Numbered from the stretch's first letter, positions 19,616 through 31,080 are shown. The stretch: DNA of 64,000 nucleotides from Nitrosopumilus sp. (GCA_965206745.1 OZ242220.1:1-64000), one strand, 5' to 3'. The notes: generated from the letters alone by a model not told the origin. A program made the numbers and translations.

Positions 19616-20761
19616 CTAAAGCCATTTTGACAGCCTTTCTTTTTCAAACTCTATTTTTTTGGAAAGATTATCAACAGTTGACTCTGTGAGATTAGTCGAT
19701 GGTTTGGGTTCTGCAAACATGTCAACCTCGATTACAGATGCAGTGTCCCTGCCGGATTCAATAAAACACCCGCCTTTCCCCTCAAAGAGTGCGGATTCCT
19801 CACCGGATTGGATTTTTGCAATGATGTTTTGTGCCACTGTGATACCTTCCCCCTCTGCAAAGATTCCAGCCTTTGGAACTGCCATTTTTCCTACTGTCAA
19901 GCTGGTCACATCACCTACTGCAAAGACATTTTCAGTCGGTGTCTTGCAGTCTCTGTCTATCGGGATGAATCCAGGCATTTGAGCTAGTCTGGAATCATAA
20001 ATTACTTTGGGGGCAATGTGCGGCGGAACAGCTAAGAGTATGTCAAAGTCAGCCTTGCTTTCTTCGAAGATTAATTTTTTGGCCTCGACGGATTTTATTT
20101 TGCATGAATTATGAAAGGTGATCTGTTCGGAGTTTACCAGTTGAAGAATCTGTTCACTTACTTTAGGTCCTGCAGCTGGCAGGGTGATGGGGGCAGGACT
20201 GTAAAAATCAATCTGTACAGAATCACGGACCCCTCGTCTTCGAAGCATGGAGTCTATCAGCAGGCTTGCCTCAAATGGCGCCGGAGGACATTTGTAGGGC
20301 ATTCCCATTATAGAGACTGCAATTTTTCCAGATTCGATGCTCTCGAGTCTCTCACGTATTTTTAAAAGCTGGTTGTGATCATAGAGATTGAATCCGTTCT
20401 CCTCCAATCCGGGAATTATTTGTGGAGCCAGCACCGCCCCCATTGAGATGATTAGAAAATCAAATGGAATTTCCCGAGTTTTTGTTTTTACATTCTTGCC
20501 TTCAAGATTGATTGATAAAATTTCATCCTTGATGAAGCTGATCTCTTTCTTATGCAGTTCGTTTAGAGATCCAGTGGAATCCTCCAAAGTTCTAGTCCCA
20601 GTTATGATCCACAGTTTGGCAAATCCCACCATAAACCAGTCTTTTTTGTCAATTATGGTAATTTTTACTTGTGATGACGATAACGTGCTTCTTAGTGTAT
20701 TTGCAGCTGAGAGGCCACCAAATCCCCCTCCCAAAATTACAACGTGCGGAATGTTTGCCAA
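19616..20761 (-). CDS. FAD-dependent oxidoreductase, sulfide:quinone oxidoreductase/FCSD-like
   Basis: GGGFGG, YKCPPAPFE, FAVGD, VPKAG, GGCFIE. Confidence 0.8.
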   Translation of the reverse strand: MANIPHVVILGGGFGGLSAANTLRSTLSSSQVKITIIDKKDWFMVGFAKLWIITGTRTLEDSTGSLNELHKKEISFIKDEILSINLEGKNVKTKTREIPFDFLIISMGAVLAPQIIPGLEENGFNLYDHNQLLKIRERLESIESGKIAVSIMGMPYKCPPAPFEASLLIDSMLRRRGVRDSVQIDFYSPAPITLPAAGPKVSEQILQLVNSEQITFHNSCKIKSVEAKKLIFEESKADFDILLAVPPHIAPKVIYDSRLAQMPGFIPIDRDCKTPTENVFAVGDVTSLTVGKMAVPKAGIFAEGEGITVAQNIIAKIQSGEESALFEGKGGCFIESGRDTASVIEVDMFAEPKPSTNLTESTVDNLSKKIEFEKERLSKWL

Positions 20762-20762
20762 C

Positions 20763-21503
20763 TTAAAGTGCCTGGGTTGTGGGTCGTATCAGAATCTCAT
20801 TTACATTCACGTGTGATGGGGAATCAACTGCGTACAGGATTGCATTTGCGATATCCTCTGCTTGTAAAGATTCCATCTTCTTTGCAGATTCAACAAATCC
20901 CTGCAAGGATTCATCGGTAATTGTATCATTGAGTTCTGTTGCAACGACTCCCGGCTCGATACTAGTTACTCGAATGTTGGAGCGGACGCTGAATTCTTGT
21001 CTTAATCCTTCGCTGAACGCTGCAACTGCATATTTCGTTGCACAGTAGACGCTGCCGCCGGCAAAAACTATCCTTCCTGCTACTGACGAAAGATTGACTA
21101 TGTGCCCTGATTTTTTCTCCTTCATGTGTGTAATTACGGCACCTGTGGAATACAAGACACCCTTGATGTTCACATCAACCATCTGATCCCACTCGTCAAC
21201 TTTGAGGCTTTTGAACAGACTCAGCGGCATCAGGCCCGCATTATTTACAAGAATGTCAATAGAGCCCCACTTTTCCAAAACCGCTTTGGCAAAACTCTCA
21301 CATTCGGATCTCTGTGTCACATCTAACTTCTGATAAAATACCTGACCGCCATCAGAGGAGATTTTTTTTGCAAGTTCCTCTAATCTGTCAACCCTTCTGG
21401 CACCTATGGCAACCCTTGCGCCTGCCTTTGAGAGGGCCAAGGCAGTAGCGAATCCTATTCCACTGCTTGCCCCGGTAATTATTGCAACCTTGTCTTTAAT
21501 CAT
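20763..21503 (-). CDS. SDR oxidoreductase (NADP-type, YdfG-like)
   Basis: TGASSGIG, NNAG, YCATK. Confidence 0.9.
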   Translation of the reverse strand: MIKDKVAIITGASSGIGFATALALSKAGARVAIGARRVDRLEELAKKISSDGGQVFYQKLDVTQRSECESFAKAVLEKWGSIDILVNNAGLMPLSLFKSLKVDEWDQMVDVNIKGVLYSTGAVITHMKEKKSGHIVNLSSVAGRIVFAGGSVYCATKYAVAAFSEGLRQEFSVRSNIRVTSIEPGVVATELNDTITDESLQGFVESAKKMESLQAEDIANAILYAVDSPSHVNVNEILIRPTTQAL

Positions 21504-21611
21504 CTAATCTTCAAGCAGATTATGGCCAAACATCGTAAAAACGTTTAGACATAAGAAAATTCAACGATAAATTCTAACACCTTTATTAAAAGAAAAATAA
21601 CATTACAGAAT

Positions 21612-21839
21612 ATGCAGTCTGAGAAATGCGCTTACTGTGGTGATTTAACTGATATGCCATTCCAGTGCAATTACTGCAAGGACCCCTTCTGCGCAGAACA
21701 CAGGCTTCCCGAAGAGCACAGGTGTGTAAAACTCACCCAGATCAGGGCCAAGAAATTTGGAGAGCGAAAAGTCATCCGTGATGGCGGACGCAACAAGCCA
21801 AACATTTTGAGGCGGATTTTTGCAAGATTCAGAAATTAG
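21612..21839 (+). CDS. AN1-type zinc finger protein
   Basis: CAYC...PFQCNYCKDPFCAEHRLPEEHRC. Confidence 0.88.
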   Translation: MQSEKCAYCGDLTDMPFQCNYCKDPFCAEHRLPEEHRCVKLTQIRAKKFGERKVIRDGGRNKPNILRRIFARFRN

Positions 21840-22120
21840 TACGGACTTTTGTCAGGGGAAATTTTTGCCCGTCTTCCCTGATAAATCAACGCGATGGCAA
21901 GTGCAAACATCACCATTGCAGTCAGTGGAAAATTTTGCGGTGCTGGCAAGATAAACCAGTAGTAGACTCCAAAGCCGATTGAGACGATTGCCTGTGTCCA
22001 TAATTTTATCCATTTTGGCAACTTTACCAATCTGCTGATAGCTTCAACTGCAAAGATCCCAATTACGGGGTAAATTGTATAAAGAAGGAAATCAATCACG
22101 TCGACGCCTGTATGGGACAT
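21836..22120 (-). CDS. Hypothetical membrane protein (3 TM)
   Basis: Hydrophobic segments. Confidence 0.7.
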   Translation of the reverse strand: MSHTGVDVIDFLLYTIYPVIGIFAVEAISRLVKLPKWIKLWTQAIVSIGFGVYYWFILPAPQNFPLTAMVMFALAIALIYQGRRAKISPDKSPY

Positions 22121-22151
22121 GTCTTGTAATCAAAAAAGGTGTAATTTCTAT

Positions 22152-22709
22152 CTAATCTTCCAGGCGCACCTTGGTTGCTATGTTCTTAGCAATTAAGGCC
22201 TGGGCATTCTCATATGGAATTGTAGCAATGTCTTCAGTCTTGAAGGGACCGTACTTTTCCAGATCCGCACCGACAATTTCATCCACGTCATGAAGGAACC
22301 TGACGACAATTTTTTTGGTTTTGTGATTTTGGGCCAATGATTCCAAAAATTTTGACTTTCCATTTACAGTAGCAGAGATGATCATCTTGGTTCTCTCACT
22401 TTGCTCTTCCTGTGAATCAAGAATGAATTTTTCCTCATCAAGCAGATGGCCCGGTTCCAAGTCGGCAGATTTTGAGATTTTGTCCAGTCTGATTTCTATT
22501 AATAATGATGCCAGTTCTGTGACCATTTCTATCATGGTGTCTTTGATCTTGTTTTCCATTCCATCAAACTCCTGTTTTTGCAAGTTCCCAATAAAATCAG
22601 CCAGATTCCTGTAAAAATTTGGATCAATCTCCGAAATGGAATCATTTTCAATTTCACGCAAAACCGTCTGATGCAGCGAGTTGATATCGATTTGGTTTGA
22701 TTCTGACAT
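22152..22709 (-). CDS. GINS complex subunit (Gins15/51-like)
   Basis: RLDKI, LLDEEK, C-terminal B-domain IVGADLEKYGPFKTEDIATIPYENA. Confidence 0.82.
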   Translation of the reverse strand: MSESNQIDINSLHQTVLREIENDSISEIDPNFYRNLADFIGNLQKQEFDGMENKIKDTMIEMVTELASLLIEIRLDKISKSADLEPGHLLDEEKFILDSQEEQSERTKMIISATVNGKSKFLESLAQNHKTKKIVVRFLHDVDEIVGADLEKYGPFKTEDIATIPYENAQALIAKNIATKVRLED

Positions 22710-22750
22710 GTCTTACCTAATCCTTAAATGGCTGATGTATTTGTGTTTGA

Positions 22751-24223
22751 TTGAAGAATAAATTGCCATATAAAGTCAGCCACGGTAAAGCAATCCAAGT
22801 AACATACTCCTCTGACGAGGTTTTTTCAAGAATTAAGCACGAGGGCATCCAGTTTATAGATCTTCAGTTTACAGGCCTGACAGGTCATTTTCATCATACC
22901 ACGATTTCAGCAAATACCTTCACTCCAGAACAGATGAGGGACGGACTACCAAAATTGGACGGCTCATCAATTATCGGATTTACCAGCATTGATGATTCAG
23001 ATCTGCTTCTAAAGCCTGATCCAAATACATTTGCAATCATTCCCTGGATGACTGAAAACAAGACAGCCCGGCTGTTGTGCGATATTTACTGGGGGGAGAA
23101 CAGAGGAAGATTATCAAGGGATCCGAGAGGGATTTCTCAAAAGGCTGAGGAATACATCAAAACTCAAGGTTATGATTTTAGTACATGGGGTCCGGAGGTG
23201 GAATTCTTTGTATTTGACAAAGTGCACTGGGATGTTCTAACTCCCTACAAAGGCCAGTCATACTCTATCGAATCAAAAGAAGCTCCATGGAATCAGTCAG
23301 GTGATGGATATCCGATGGGGCTGCAAGAGGGATACTATCCAAGCACACCTGCAGACACCCTGACACCGTACAGAAATGAATGCGTGAATATTCTTAGTAC
23401 AAATTTCGGAATTTTGTGTGACAACCACCATCACGAGGTGGCAACTGCAGGACAGTGTGAGATTGATATCAGATATGACTATATGACAAATGCAGCAGAT
23501 GCCGCACAGTCATACAAGTATGTAATCAGAAATGTGGCACAGAAATATGGCAAGGTTGCAACAATGATGCCAAAGCCGATTGCCATGGATTCAGGTTCTG
23601 GAATGCATGTCAATGTTAGTTTGTGGAAGGGACAAGAAAATGCATTCTATGATCCAGATGACGAAATTGAGCTAAGCCAGCTTGGAAGATACTTTTGTGG
23701 CGGAATAGTCAACCACGCAAAAGCACTCTCTGCCATTTGTAATCCGACAACCAACTCGTATCACAGACTGGTTCCGGGATATGAGGCCCCGGCATACATT
23801 GCATGGAGTTCTGGAAATCGTTCTGCCATTGTGAGGGTCCCAAAACATCTCAAAGGAAAAAACTATTCCGATCTTAAAAGACTTGAATTCAGAGCACCTG
23901 ATCCTTCATCGAACCCGTATCTCGTGTTTGCAGCAGTGACAGCTGCAGGAATGGACGGGGTTAAGAAAAAGATGGATCCAGGGGACGAAGTCCGTGATGA
24001 TATCTTCAAGATGACCAAATCCGATAGGAAGAAAAGAGGAATCGGCGTCCTTCCAAAAAGTCTCGGTGAGGCCCTAGATGAGCTGGAGAGTGACAGGAAA
24101 TTCCTCAATCCAATCTATACAAACGATGTTGTAGACAAGATTATCGAGCTAGAAAGAAGGGATCAGCGTGAGATAGCCATCAGACCGCATCCGCATGAAT
24201 TTTATCTGTACTTTGATGTTTAA
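22751..24223 (+). CDS. glnA: Glutamine synthetase type I
   Basis: DGSSI, GPEVEFF, HHEVA, MPKP, GSGMH, RLVPGYEAP, EFRAPDP. Confidence 0.96.
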   Translation: MKNKLPYKVSHGKAIQVTYSSDEVFSRIKHEGIQFIDLQFTGLTGHFHHTTISANTFTPEQMRDGLPKLDGSSIIGFTSIDDSDLLLKPDPNTFAIIPWMTENKTARLLCDIYWGENRGRLSRDPRGISQKAEEYIKTQGYDFSTWGPEVEFFVFDKVHWDVLTPYKGQSYSIESKEAPWNQSGDGYPMGLQEGYYPSTPADTLTPYRNECVNILSTNFGILCDNHHHEVATAGQCEIDIRYDYMTNAADAAQSYKYVIRNVAQKYGKVATMMPKPIAMDSGSGMHVNVSLWKGQENAFYDPDDEIELSQLGRYFCGGIVNHAKALSAICNPTTNSYHRLVPGYEAPAYIAWSSGNRSAIVRVPKHLKGKNYSDLKRLEFRAPDPSSNPYLVFAAVTAAGMDGVKKKMDPGDEVRDDIFKMTKSDRKKRGIGVLPKSLGEALDELESDRKFLNPIYTNDVVDKIIELERRDQREIAIRPHPHEFYLYFDV

Positions 24224-24498
24224 GCTCTTCCAGTAAGTTGGAAGACAAGCAGTAAAGAGGCAGTCATTAATGCAAGTCCGATTACCAGAAATACCACCCT
24301 GTTACTCTCAGATGTCGCAGTTTTGTATAGCAGAATCCCGCCTATAAGACCCAGGAATAATACGGACACCCCACCGACTACTATGCCAAAACTAGTGTTA
24401 GTGATAAGCGGGTGAAAGAGTCCTGCAAGTAGTGCAAAAAATGCAAGCAGGTAGATATACGTGAATCCAGTGAGGACTTCGGACATTGCCTTTTTCAA
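24220..24498 (-). CDS. Hypothetical membrane protein (3 TM)
   Basis: Hydrophobic segments. Confidence 0.7.
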   Translation of the reverse strand: MKKAMSEVLTGFTYIYLLAFFALLAGLFHPLITNTSFGIVVGGVSVLFLGLIGGILLYKTATSESNRVVFLVIGLALMTASLLLVFQLTGRA

Positions 24499-24553
24499 TA
24501 TTTTTCACAAAATGATTTAACAATTAAAGGTTTGAAAAGATGCCAAAATAATC

Positions 24554-26272
24554 TTACATCATGCCGCCCATATCAGGCATGCCTCCCATTCCAGGGGGCA
24601 TTCCTCCCATGCCGCCCATTCCGGGTGGCATTCCAGGCATTCCGCCTTCTCCGCCAGGAGGTCCACCGGCAGATTTCTGAGTGGCAATTACATCATCGAT
24701 TCTGAGAATCATGCATGCGGCCTCTGCAGCCGCTGAGACAATTTGAAGTTTGACTGCAAGGGGTTCAATAATATCGCCTGACTTCATGTTTGCAATTTTT
24801 CCTTTCATTACGTCAATTCCAGTCCATTTCTCCCCCTTTTGCTGTTTGGAACGAAGAAGTGTGAGGGTATCAATTGGATCCATTCCGGCGTTTTCAGATA
24901 GTGTGAGCGGAATTTCTTCTAGTGCATCGGCGAACTTTTCTGCTGCAAGCTGTTCCCTGCCTTCTAAAGACTTGGCCCAGCCTCTCAGTTTTGTTGCCGC
25001 AAATGTTTCAGGGGCGCCTCCGCCTGCAACAATCTGAGGTTTCAAGATTACATCTTTTACGACCATTAAAGCATCATGAACGGAACGTTCAACTTCATCC
25101 ACCACTCTTTGTGAGCCTGCACGAAGAAGCAGTGTTACGGATTTTGGATGCTTGCACCCTTCAACAAATACCCACTTGTCCTCCTCAATTTTTCTTTCTT
25201 CCACAACATCTGCAGAGCCAAGATCTTTTTCAAAGAGATCATCGAGGTTGGTGATGATTCTGCCACCTGTAGCTTTTGCCAGTTTGCTAAGATCACTTTC
25301 CTTGATTCTTCTGACTGCCATGATTCCGGATTTTGCAAGATAGTGCTGAGCCATGTCATCTAATCCCTTTTGGCATAGAACCACGTTTGCGCCAGAGCCA
25401 ATGACTTTGTCAACCATTGTCTTTAGCATCCTGTTCTCTTCATCCAGGAATGATTTGAGTTGTTGGGGATTGGAGATGTTGATTTTTGCATCAGTCTCAG
25501 TCTTGCTGATTTCTAATGCGGTGTTGATTAGTGCAATTTTGGCATCACTGATTGATCTCGGCATGCCACCATGAACAATCTCCTTATCAAGAACAATGCC
25601 TTGAATGATAAGCGAGTCCTTGATGGAACCGCCTGCTTTCTTTTCCACTTTGATGTCGTCAATATCGACTTCAAATGATTCGCCGTCTTTTTCTACAACA
25701 GCGAGGACTGATTTTACAATAATATCGGCTAGTAAATCGGAATCTTTTCTAACGAGTTTTGTTTGCATCGAGGTTTTGGCAATCTTGTTTAGAGTGGCCT
25801 TGTCATTGGCCGTAATCGTATCTGCGATTTCTTCAAGGTACTCTTTTGCCTTTCTTGCGGCCTTTCTGTATCCGTCAACAATGACTGTGGGATGCACATC
25901 TTGATCAATTAGCGATTCTGCCTGTGAGAGTAATGCGCCTGCCAACACAACGGCTGATGTTGTACCGTCTCCAACCTCATTATCGGTGGTTTTTGAGATT
26001 TCAACTAGCATCTTTGCCGCCGGGTGCTGTACGTCAATCTCCTTTAGGATGGTAGCACCGTCATTTGTAATAGTGACATCGCCTAACGAGTCGACTAGCA
26101 TCTTGTCCATGCCTCTAGGACCAAGGCTGGTATGAACAATTTCGGCAATAATTTTGGCTGCCGTGATGTTGTTTTTTTGGGCTTCCCGTCCTTTGGTTTC
26201 AGTACCGCCTTCCTTCAGCAAGACAACGGGCATGTTTCCTTTAGAAGTTGCCTGCATTCCCATAAATGCCAA
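24554..26272 (-). CDS. ths: Thermosome (group II chaperonin) subunit
   Basis: [25 protein letters not shown]-rich tail. Confidence 0.96.
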   Translation of the reverse strand: MAFMGMQATSKGNMPVVLLKEGGTETKGREAQKNNITAAKIIAEIVHTSLGPRGMDKMLVDSLGDVTITNDGATILKEIDVQHPAAKMLVEISKTTDNEVGDGTTSAVVLAGALLSQAESLIDQDVHPTVIVDGYRKAARKAKEYLEEIADTITANDKATLNKIAKTSMQTKLVRKDSDLLADIIVKSVLAVVEKDGESFEVDIDDIKVEKKAGGSIKDSLIIQGIVLDKEIVHGGMPRSISDAKIALINTALEISKTETDAKINISNPQQLKSFLDEENRMLKTMVDKVIGSGANVVLCQKGLDDMAQHYLAKSGIMAVRRIKESDLSKLAKATGGRIITNLDDLFEKDLGSADVVEERKIEEDKWVFVEGCKHPKSVTLLLRAGSQRVVDEVERSVHDALMVVKDVILKPQIVAGGGAPETFAATKLRGWAKSLEGREQLAAEKFADALEEIPLTLSENAGMDPIDTLTLLRSKQQKGEKWTGIDVMKGKIANMKSGDIIEPLAVKLQIVSAAAEAACMILRIDDVIATQKSAGGPPGGEGGMPGMPPGMGGMGGMPPGMGGMPDMGGMM

Positions 26273-26343
26273 AACCCCCGATTCCCCTTTTATATCTTCC
26301 AGATCAAGATCGGTAGTTTTGAAATTATATCGGTGTTTTTAAA

Positions 26344-27690
26344 TTGGGAAAATCAGGATGGAAAGCAATGGTCAAATCACCAAATAGGGTAGCTTATGAT
26401 AAAATTTTTAAAAAATTAAAGGATCATCACAAATGGTTTGAAAATTCAATTCCATTGATTGCAAGTGAGAATATACCCAGTCCCGCAGTCAGGGAGGCAA
26501 TAATCTCTGATTTTGGAAACAGGTATGCAGAAGGATGGCCAGGGGAGAGAGTCTATGCAGGCTGTGTCTACATTGATGATGTAGAGTTTGAATGTATGAA
26601 ACTGGCTAAAAAATTATACAGGGCAAAGTTTGCAGACGTGAGACCGATATCAGGTGTTGTTGCAAATTTGGCGATATATTCGGCATTTACGGATCCTGGA
26701 GATATCATGCTGGCACCTTCAATACCGGCAGGAGGACACATTTCACACGGAAAGAAGGAGCATTCCGGCACTGCGGGGTTGGTCCACGGATTAGAGATCG
26801 AGTTCTATCCGTTTGATGCCGAAGAGATGACAATTGATGTAGACAAGACAAAGCAAAAAGTAAAAGATCTCAAAAAAGACAACCGTCTCCCAAAGATGGC
26901 AATGTTTGGCGGCTCGCTGTTCTTGTTTCCCCACCCCGTCAAGGAACTGTCTGATTTTCTAAAGAGTTACGGCATGCATATCAATTATGATGCGGCCCAT
27001 GTTGCAGGATTAATTGCAGGCGGGAAATTTCAGGATCCGCTGCGGGAAGGAGCAGACACGATGACTATGAGTACCCACAAAACTTTGTTTGGTCCCCAAG
27101 GCGGACTTGTCCTAGGTTCAGAAGAACATGAGGAGGCCATCAAAAAAGCAACGTTCCCGGGCCTTACCAGCAGCCATCACATCCATCACATGGCAGGAAA
27201 GGCAGTTGCCTTTGCCGAAGCTTTGGAATTTGGAAAGGATTATGCAACAGAGGTAATCAAAAATGCCAAGACATTTGCAGAGGCCTTGAGTGACAACGGA
27301 TTCAAGGTACTAGGAGAGAAGCGGGGATTCACACAGTCCCACCAGATTGCAGTCAATGTTCTGGACTATTCTGATGGCGGAAAGGTGGAAGCTGATTTGG
27401 AAAAGGCAAACATCATAGTAAACAGACAGCTCATTCCAGGCGATATCAAGGCCGGACGAAACTATTTCCATCCCGGAGGAATAAGACTGGGGGTTTCAGA
27501 GATTACACGGTTGGGAATGAAAAAGTATGAGATGCAGGAGATTGCTTCGCTGATAAGACAAGTTGTGATTGATAAAAAGGATCCAAAGAAGATACTTTCA
27601 AAAGTCAAGACACTCAGGAAGGATTATCAGAAAGTCAGGTTCTGTTTTGACAACAAATTGGGTGCCTACGAGTACATCAAACTAAGATAG
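26344..27690 (+). CDS. glyA: Serine hydroxymethyltransferase
   Basis: LIASEN, YAEG, GGHISH, DAAH, STHKT; likely start ATG 26368. Confidence 0.95.
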   Translation: MGKSGWKAMVKSPNRVAYDKIFKKLKDHHKWFENSIPLIASENIPSPAVREAIISDFGNRYAEGWPGERVYAGCVYIDDVEFECMKLAKKLYRAKFADVRPISGVVANLAIYSAFTDPGDIMLAPSIPAGGHISHGKKEHSGTAGLVHGLEIEFYPFDAEEMTIDVDKTKQKVKDLKKDNRLPKMAMFGGSLFLFPHPVKELSDFLKSYGMHINYDAAHVAGLIAGGKFQDPLREGADTMTMSTHKTLFGPQGGLVLGSEEHEEAIKKATFPGLTSSHHIHHMAGKAVAFAEALEFGKDYATEVIKNAKTFAEALSDNGFKVLGEKRGFTQSHQIAVNVLDYSDGGKVEADLEKANIIVNRQLIPGDIKAGRNYFHPGGIRLGVSEITRLGMKKYEMQEIASLIRQVVIDKKDPKKILSKVKTLRKDYQKVRFCFDNKLGAYEYIKLR

Positions 27691-27695
27691 ACCTG

Positions 27696-30600
27696 CTAAT
27701 AGTCCGTAAGCAAGGACTGATCCCCCCTGCTCTTTCCAAATACCAGCTCGATCTCATCAGAAAGGGCATGAATTCTTCCCCTTTGGTACTCGCCGACGTC
27801 ATACTTTTCGACAAGTCTTTTTGCAAGTTTCAGATATTTTTCCACAGAACCCCTTGTAATTGTGGCAATGAGTTTGTGCCCGCAGACACACGTTTGAATA
27901 AGGGGCATTCGTCGGAATGACTTTCCACATGCCGTACACCTGAAGCTCTGTCTTGCATATGCCCTAAGATTTCCCATCAGGTCTGGAACCAGGTGCGTCG
28001 AGATTACGTTTGAAACAATTTCCGAAGTGTTTACAGCATCAATTAATTCCGCATTCCTGACTTGCATGTCAAATTTGTCAAGCATCGAGCCAAGCGTCGA
28101 GTATGCACTTCTGGATTTTGACGTGGTAAGGGACGAGGTTGCATGCGTAAAGTGATAGTCGTAGAACTGTCTCTCAGTCTCAAGGCGGGATTTGATGATT
28201 TCGATGGATGAGACGTCAGATGACTTGATCTGCTTGAGTGTTGATTCAAAGAATTCAAGCGGGAGCGTCTTTGTGACTTCAAGGTTGTGTGCCTGAGGCT
28301 GGGACTCGTGTGGCAGGACGTGGGGCTGAATAAGTAATGGCGCATCCATCAGTCCGCCGATTCTATCTGAAAGAAACTGCCTGGAAAAGTTCAAGAGACT
28401 GTCCATCAGGAGCATTATGGAGTCGGCATCCCCGTCAGCATCCCTTCTTTTGGCAGAATGCCAGTTTGGGGTTGCAAAACAAACATGCGTTTCGGTGTAT
28501 CCTATGATTCGTCCCACTATTCCCACAGATGTGTGTGGGGCCAAGCCAATAATCAGGTGTCCGATTAATTCCTTAGAGTTCTTCACATTGTAAAATGAAT
28601 GTGTCCCATAGAACTTTTCCAAAATAACATCAATGTACTTGCAGGCAGATACGAGATAATTGCCAATTTCATACGGAATGATTACATCCTGCATTCGAAG
28701 TTCAACGGTTTGATCTTCAGACTCTAATGGCTTGCCATCAACGTCATGGGAGTATCCGAGTGACTTTAGCTTCTCAACTGGCGTTCCAATCCATGAAGGT
28801 TTGAATTGCGTAAGCGGGGAGTTTGTTGCATCGAATCGGACTGTTCCGTCTTTGAAAGTTGTCAATCCAAAGTTCTGCCTTACAAGCCCTTTTTCAAGCG
28901 GTTCGGCAATTCTGTCCTGATTGATTAATTGTTTGACTCCTTTGAAGGGCTCCCTTGCACGAATTCCCATCTTTTCCTGAGCTAAAAGCAGCTTGTTCTT
29001 GAGCGGGAATGGCTGGTGCGAGTGAGTGATGGCCTTGCGCTTGCATTTCTCACAGAATGGTTCCTTCAGAGCACTCCTGCACTTGGGGCATTCGAGGTTG
29101 ACTGCAGTCTTTGTGCCACAGATTGAGCATTTTATCCCAATTGATGGTTGATTGCATTTGATGCAAAACCTGTTGTAGAGATCTGCAAAGAAATGTTCGG
29201 TTCTTGATGCCTTGAGAAGATCCCGTGTGGGTCCGCCCTTCTCGCTTACTGGAAACAATACGTGTGTGGCAGGCTTCATTTGCCTGGGGGCTGCCTTTTC
29301 AGGCCTTCCTATTCTGACTCCGATGCTAGTTGAAAACTTGTTGTTAATCTGAATGCCAGATGACTCTGACAGAATTTTCGGTACTGACAAGTCACTGATT
29401 GCCGGTTTTTCTCTAAACAGCAAATTAAAGAAGATTTTTGCCTCTTGGTGCTCTAGGATCAGCGTCTCATTTTCAACCTTGTGGGGGGTTCCCAGATTTT
29501 CGAGAATCTTCTTGGCTTGAGCCAGATACACTATTGATGTTTCATTGACTTTTTCCGGTTCCAAAAGTTTGAGAAGATCTTTTGATGAGATTTTATCCCA
29601 GAAATACAGGTAATGTGGATGAAGTGGGATTTTAAAATCAAGTGAAATTTTAATTGCCTCATCTATTGTGGGAGTCCTATTCAAAAATTGGTTTAGGTAC
29701 TGATCATCTGGCTCATACTTTGCAATTTTTTGTTTCAGTTCTTCCATCCAAAATTCTTCAACATAGGCTGAAGGTACCAACTGGGCGTTGTTCTCTAGAA
29801 AATCCCCAAACGAGATTAGAATGTCGCCAAGATGCAGAATCTTTTCTATCTCATTTTTAATCTCCAGTCCGTGTTTGATATCTCGAATTTTTACGACGCT
29901 GCCATTGTTGAGACGGACAGTGGGGGTATCTATCGAATCAACAAATGCCACAGTAGCCCCTTTCCCAGGAATGTCGATTTTGATCTGGGTTCCAACTGCC
30001 ACCGTATGATCAAGAATTTCCGCAATTACCGGATGAATCCCTACTGCTGCAAAGCCCGTATTACAGGCCCTCCCGTATCTCAAACGGAACCCTCCTAATT
30101 TGTTAGGCATGGACAAGACTGACCTGCCTGTGATTACTTCACGCATCCTTTTGGCTGCGGCATCTTCCTGGTTATCACCGGTCTGAACGGCTCCCTTGAG
30201 ATCATTGAGCCATTCCCAACCATCCAGATTGTACAGTTCGATCCTTTTGAGAAGTTTTTTTGATCGCCCAATCAGTCCGTCATTTAACACACGCAGGGCC
30301 CCTCCTCTGACTCGGTCTGTCTGTATTCTGACCATCGACTTGTGGTTGACTACCTCAAATGGATCCGTATCAACGCCTGCCAATTCTACTGGGAGATTGG
30401 AAATTACGTGCTCAATGTCCTCATCTAAGATATGAAATTGGAAACTGCTTGCCTCCCTTTCATAAATCCGTAACTCCTCAACAAACCTGCCTGTCTCGTC
30501 GTCAAATGAGTTGGCCTGGAATTTTGAGAGGCCGGCAATCTTCCTGACATGATCTGCAATCAGCAAAGTAACTGCAGACTCTGTTCCGCCGGCTGAACGC

Positions 30601-31070
30601 ATCGGTCCTGCAATTGAGACGGACAGATATTCGGTGCCATCTTTGTTCTTCTTTATTTTTATTTCGTTAATTCCTTGCAGCGGTGCAATTGTAACCCCTT
30701 CTGTGATGATTGCCAGCCCTACACGCACTGCAAGATCTAATTTGTCCTCAAGGGTGGCATCAGGAAGACAGTACTTGCCCTGGGCGATCTCCTTTGCCAA
30801 AATTAATGCGGAGAGTTCTTTTCCGTTGGTCTTTAAAATTTCTCTTAGGGGATCGGCGATGTCAATTTCGTGCATTTTTGCGACCCTGTCTGCCAAATCA
30901 AAGGCGATTTTAGGCTCGATATTGCCTGAGGAGTCCGACAAGCTTGATTTTGCCGCTGCTGCATGCTCAAATACCGAATATGTCTCGTTTGAAAGACCAG
31001 AATAGTAATCCAGATAGTAGTCTGGCATTTTAATATCGCTGATTCGGGATATTGTATCATCTTCGGACAT
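27696..31070 (-). CDS. polC: DNA polymerase D large subunit DP2
   Basis: GPMRSAGGT, GGFRLRYGR, FKDGTVRFD, KRRDADGDAD, zinc fingers; no intein seen. Confidence 0.96.
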   Translation of the reverse strand: MSEDDTISRISDIKMPDYYLDYYSGLSNETYSVFEHAAAAKSSLSDSSGNIEPKIAFDLADRVAKMHEIDIADPLREILKTNGKELSALILAKEIAQGKYCLPDATLEDKLDLAVRVGLAIITEGVTIAPLQGINEIKIKKNKDGTEYLSVSIAGPMRSAGGTESAVTLLIADHVRKIAGLSKFQANSFDDETGRFVEELRIYEREASSFQFHILDEDIEHVISNLPVELAGVDTDPFEVVNHKSMVRIQTDRVRGGALRVLNDGLIGRSKKLLKRIELYNLDGWEWLNDLKGAVQTGDNQEDAAAKRMREVITGRSVLSMPNKLGGFRLRYGRACNTGFAAVGIHPVIAEILDHTVAVGTQIKIDIPGKGATVAFVDSIDTPTVRLNNGSVVKIRDIKHGLEIKNEIEKILHLGDILISFGDFLENNAQLVPSAYVEEFWMEELKQKIAKYEPDDQYLNQFLNRTPTIDEAIKISLDFKIPLHPHYLYFWDKISSKDLLKLLEPEKVNETSIVYLAQAKKILENLGTPHKVENETLILEHQEAKIFFNLLFREKPAISDLSVPKILSESSGIQINNKFSTSIGVRIGRPEKAAPRQMKPATHVLFPVSEKGGPTRDLLKASRTEHFFADLYNRFCIKCNQPSIGIKCSICGTKTAVNLECPKCRSALKEPFCEKCKRKAITHSHQPFPLKNKLLLAQEKMGIRAREPFKGVKQLINQDRIAEPLEKGLVRQNFGLTTFKDGTVRFDATNSPLTQFKPSWIGTPVEKLKSLGYSHDVDGKPLESEDQTVELRMQDVIIPYEIGNYLVSACKYIDVILEKFYGTHSFYNVKNSKELIGHLIIGLAPHTSVGIVGRIIGYTETHVCFATPNWHSAKRRDADGDADSIMLLMDSLLNFSRQFLSDRIGGLMDAPLLIQPHVLPHESQPQAHNLEVTKTLPLEFFESTLKQIKSSDVSSIEIIKSRLETERQFYDYHFTHATSSLTTSKSRSAYSTLGSMLDKFDMQVRNAELIDAVNTSEIVSNVISTHLVPDLMGNLRAYARQSFRCTACGKSFRRMPLIQTCVCGHKLIATITRGSVEKYLKLAKRLVEKYDVGEYQRGRIHALSDEIELVFGKSRGDQSLLTDY

Positions 31071-31080
31071 GGATACCCTA

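Noticed and set aside
24554-24660. GC-rich repeats at the thermosome 3' end
   Set aside because: Ordinary GGM/PPG chaperonin tail.
27696-31070. Intein in DP2
   Set aside because: Length and motifs are continuous; no intein termini or LAGLIDADG blocks seen.
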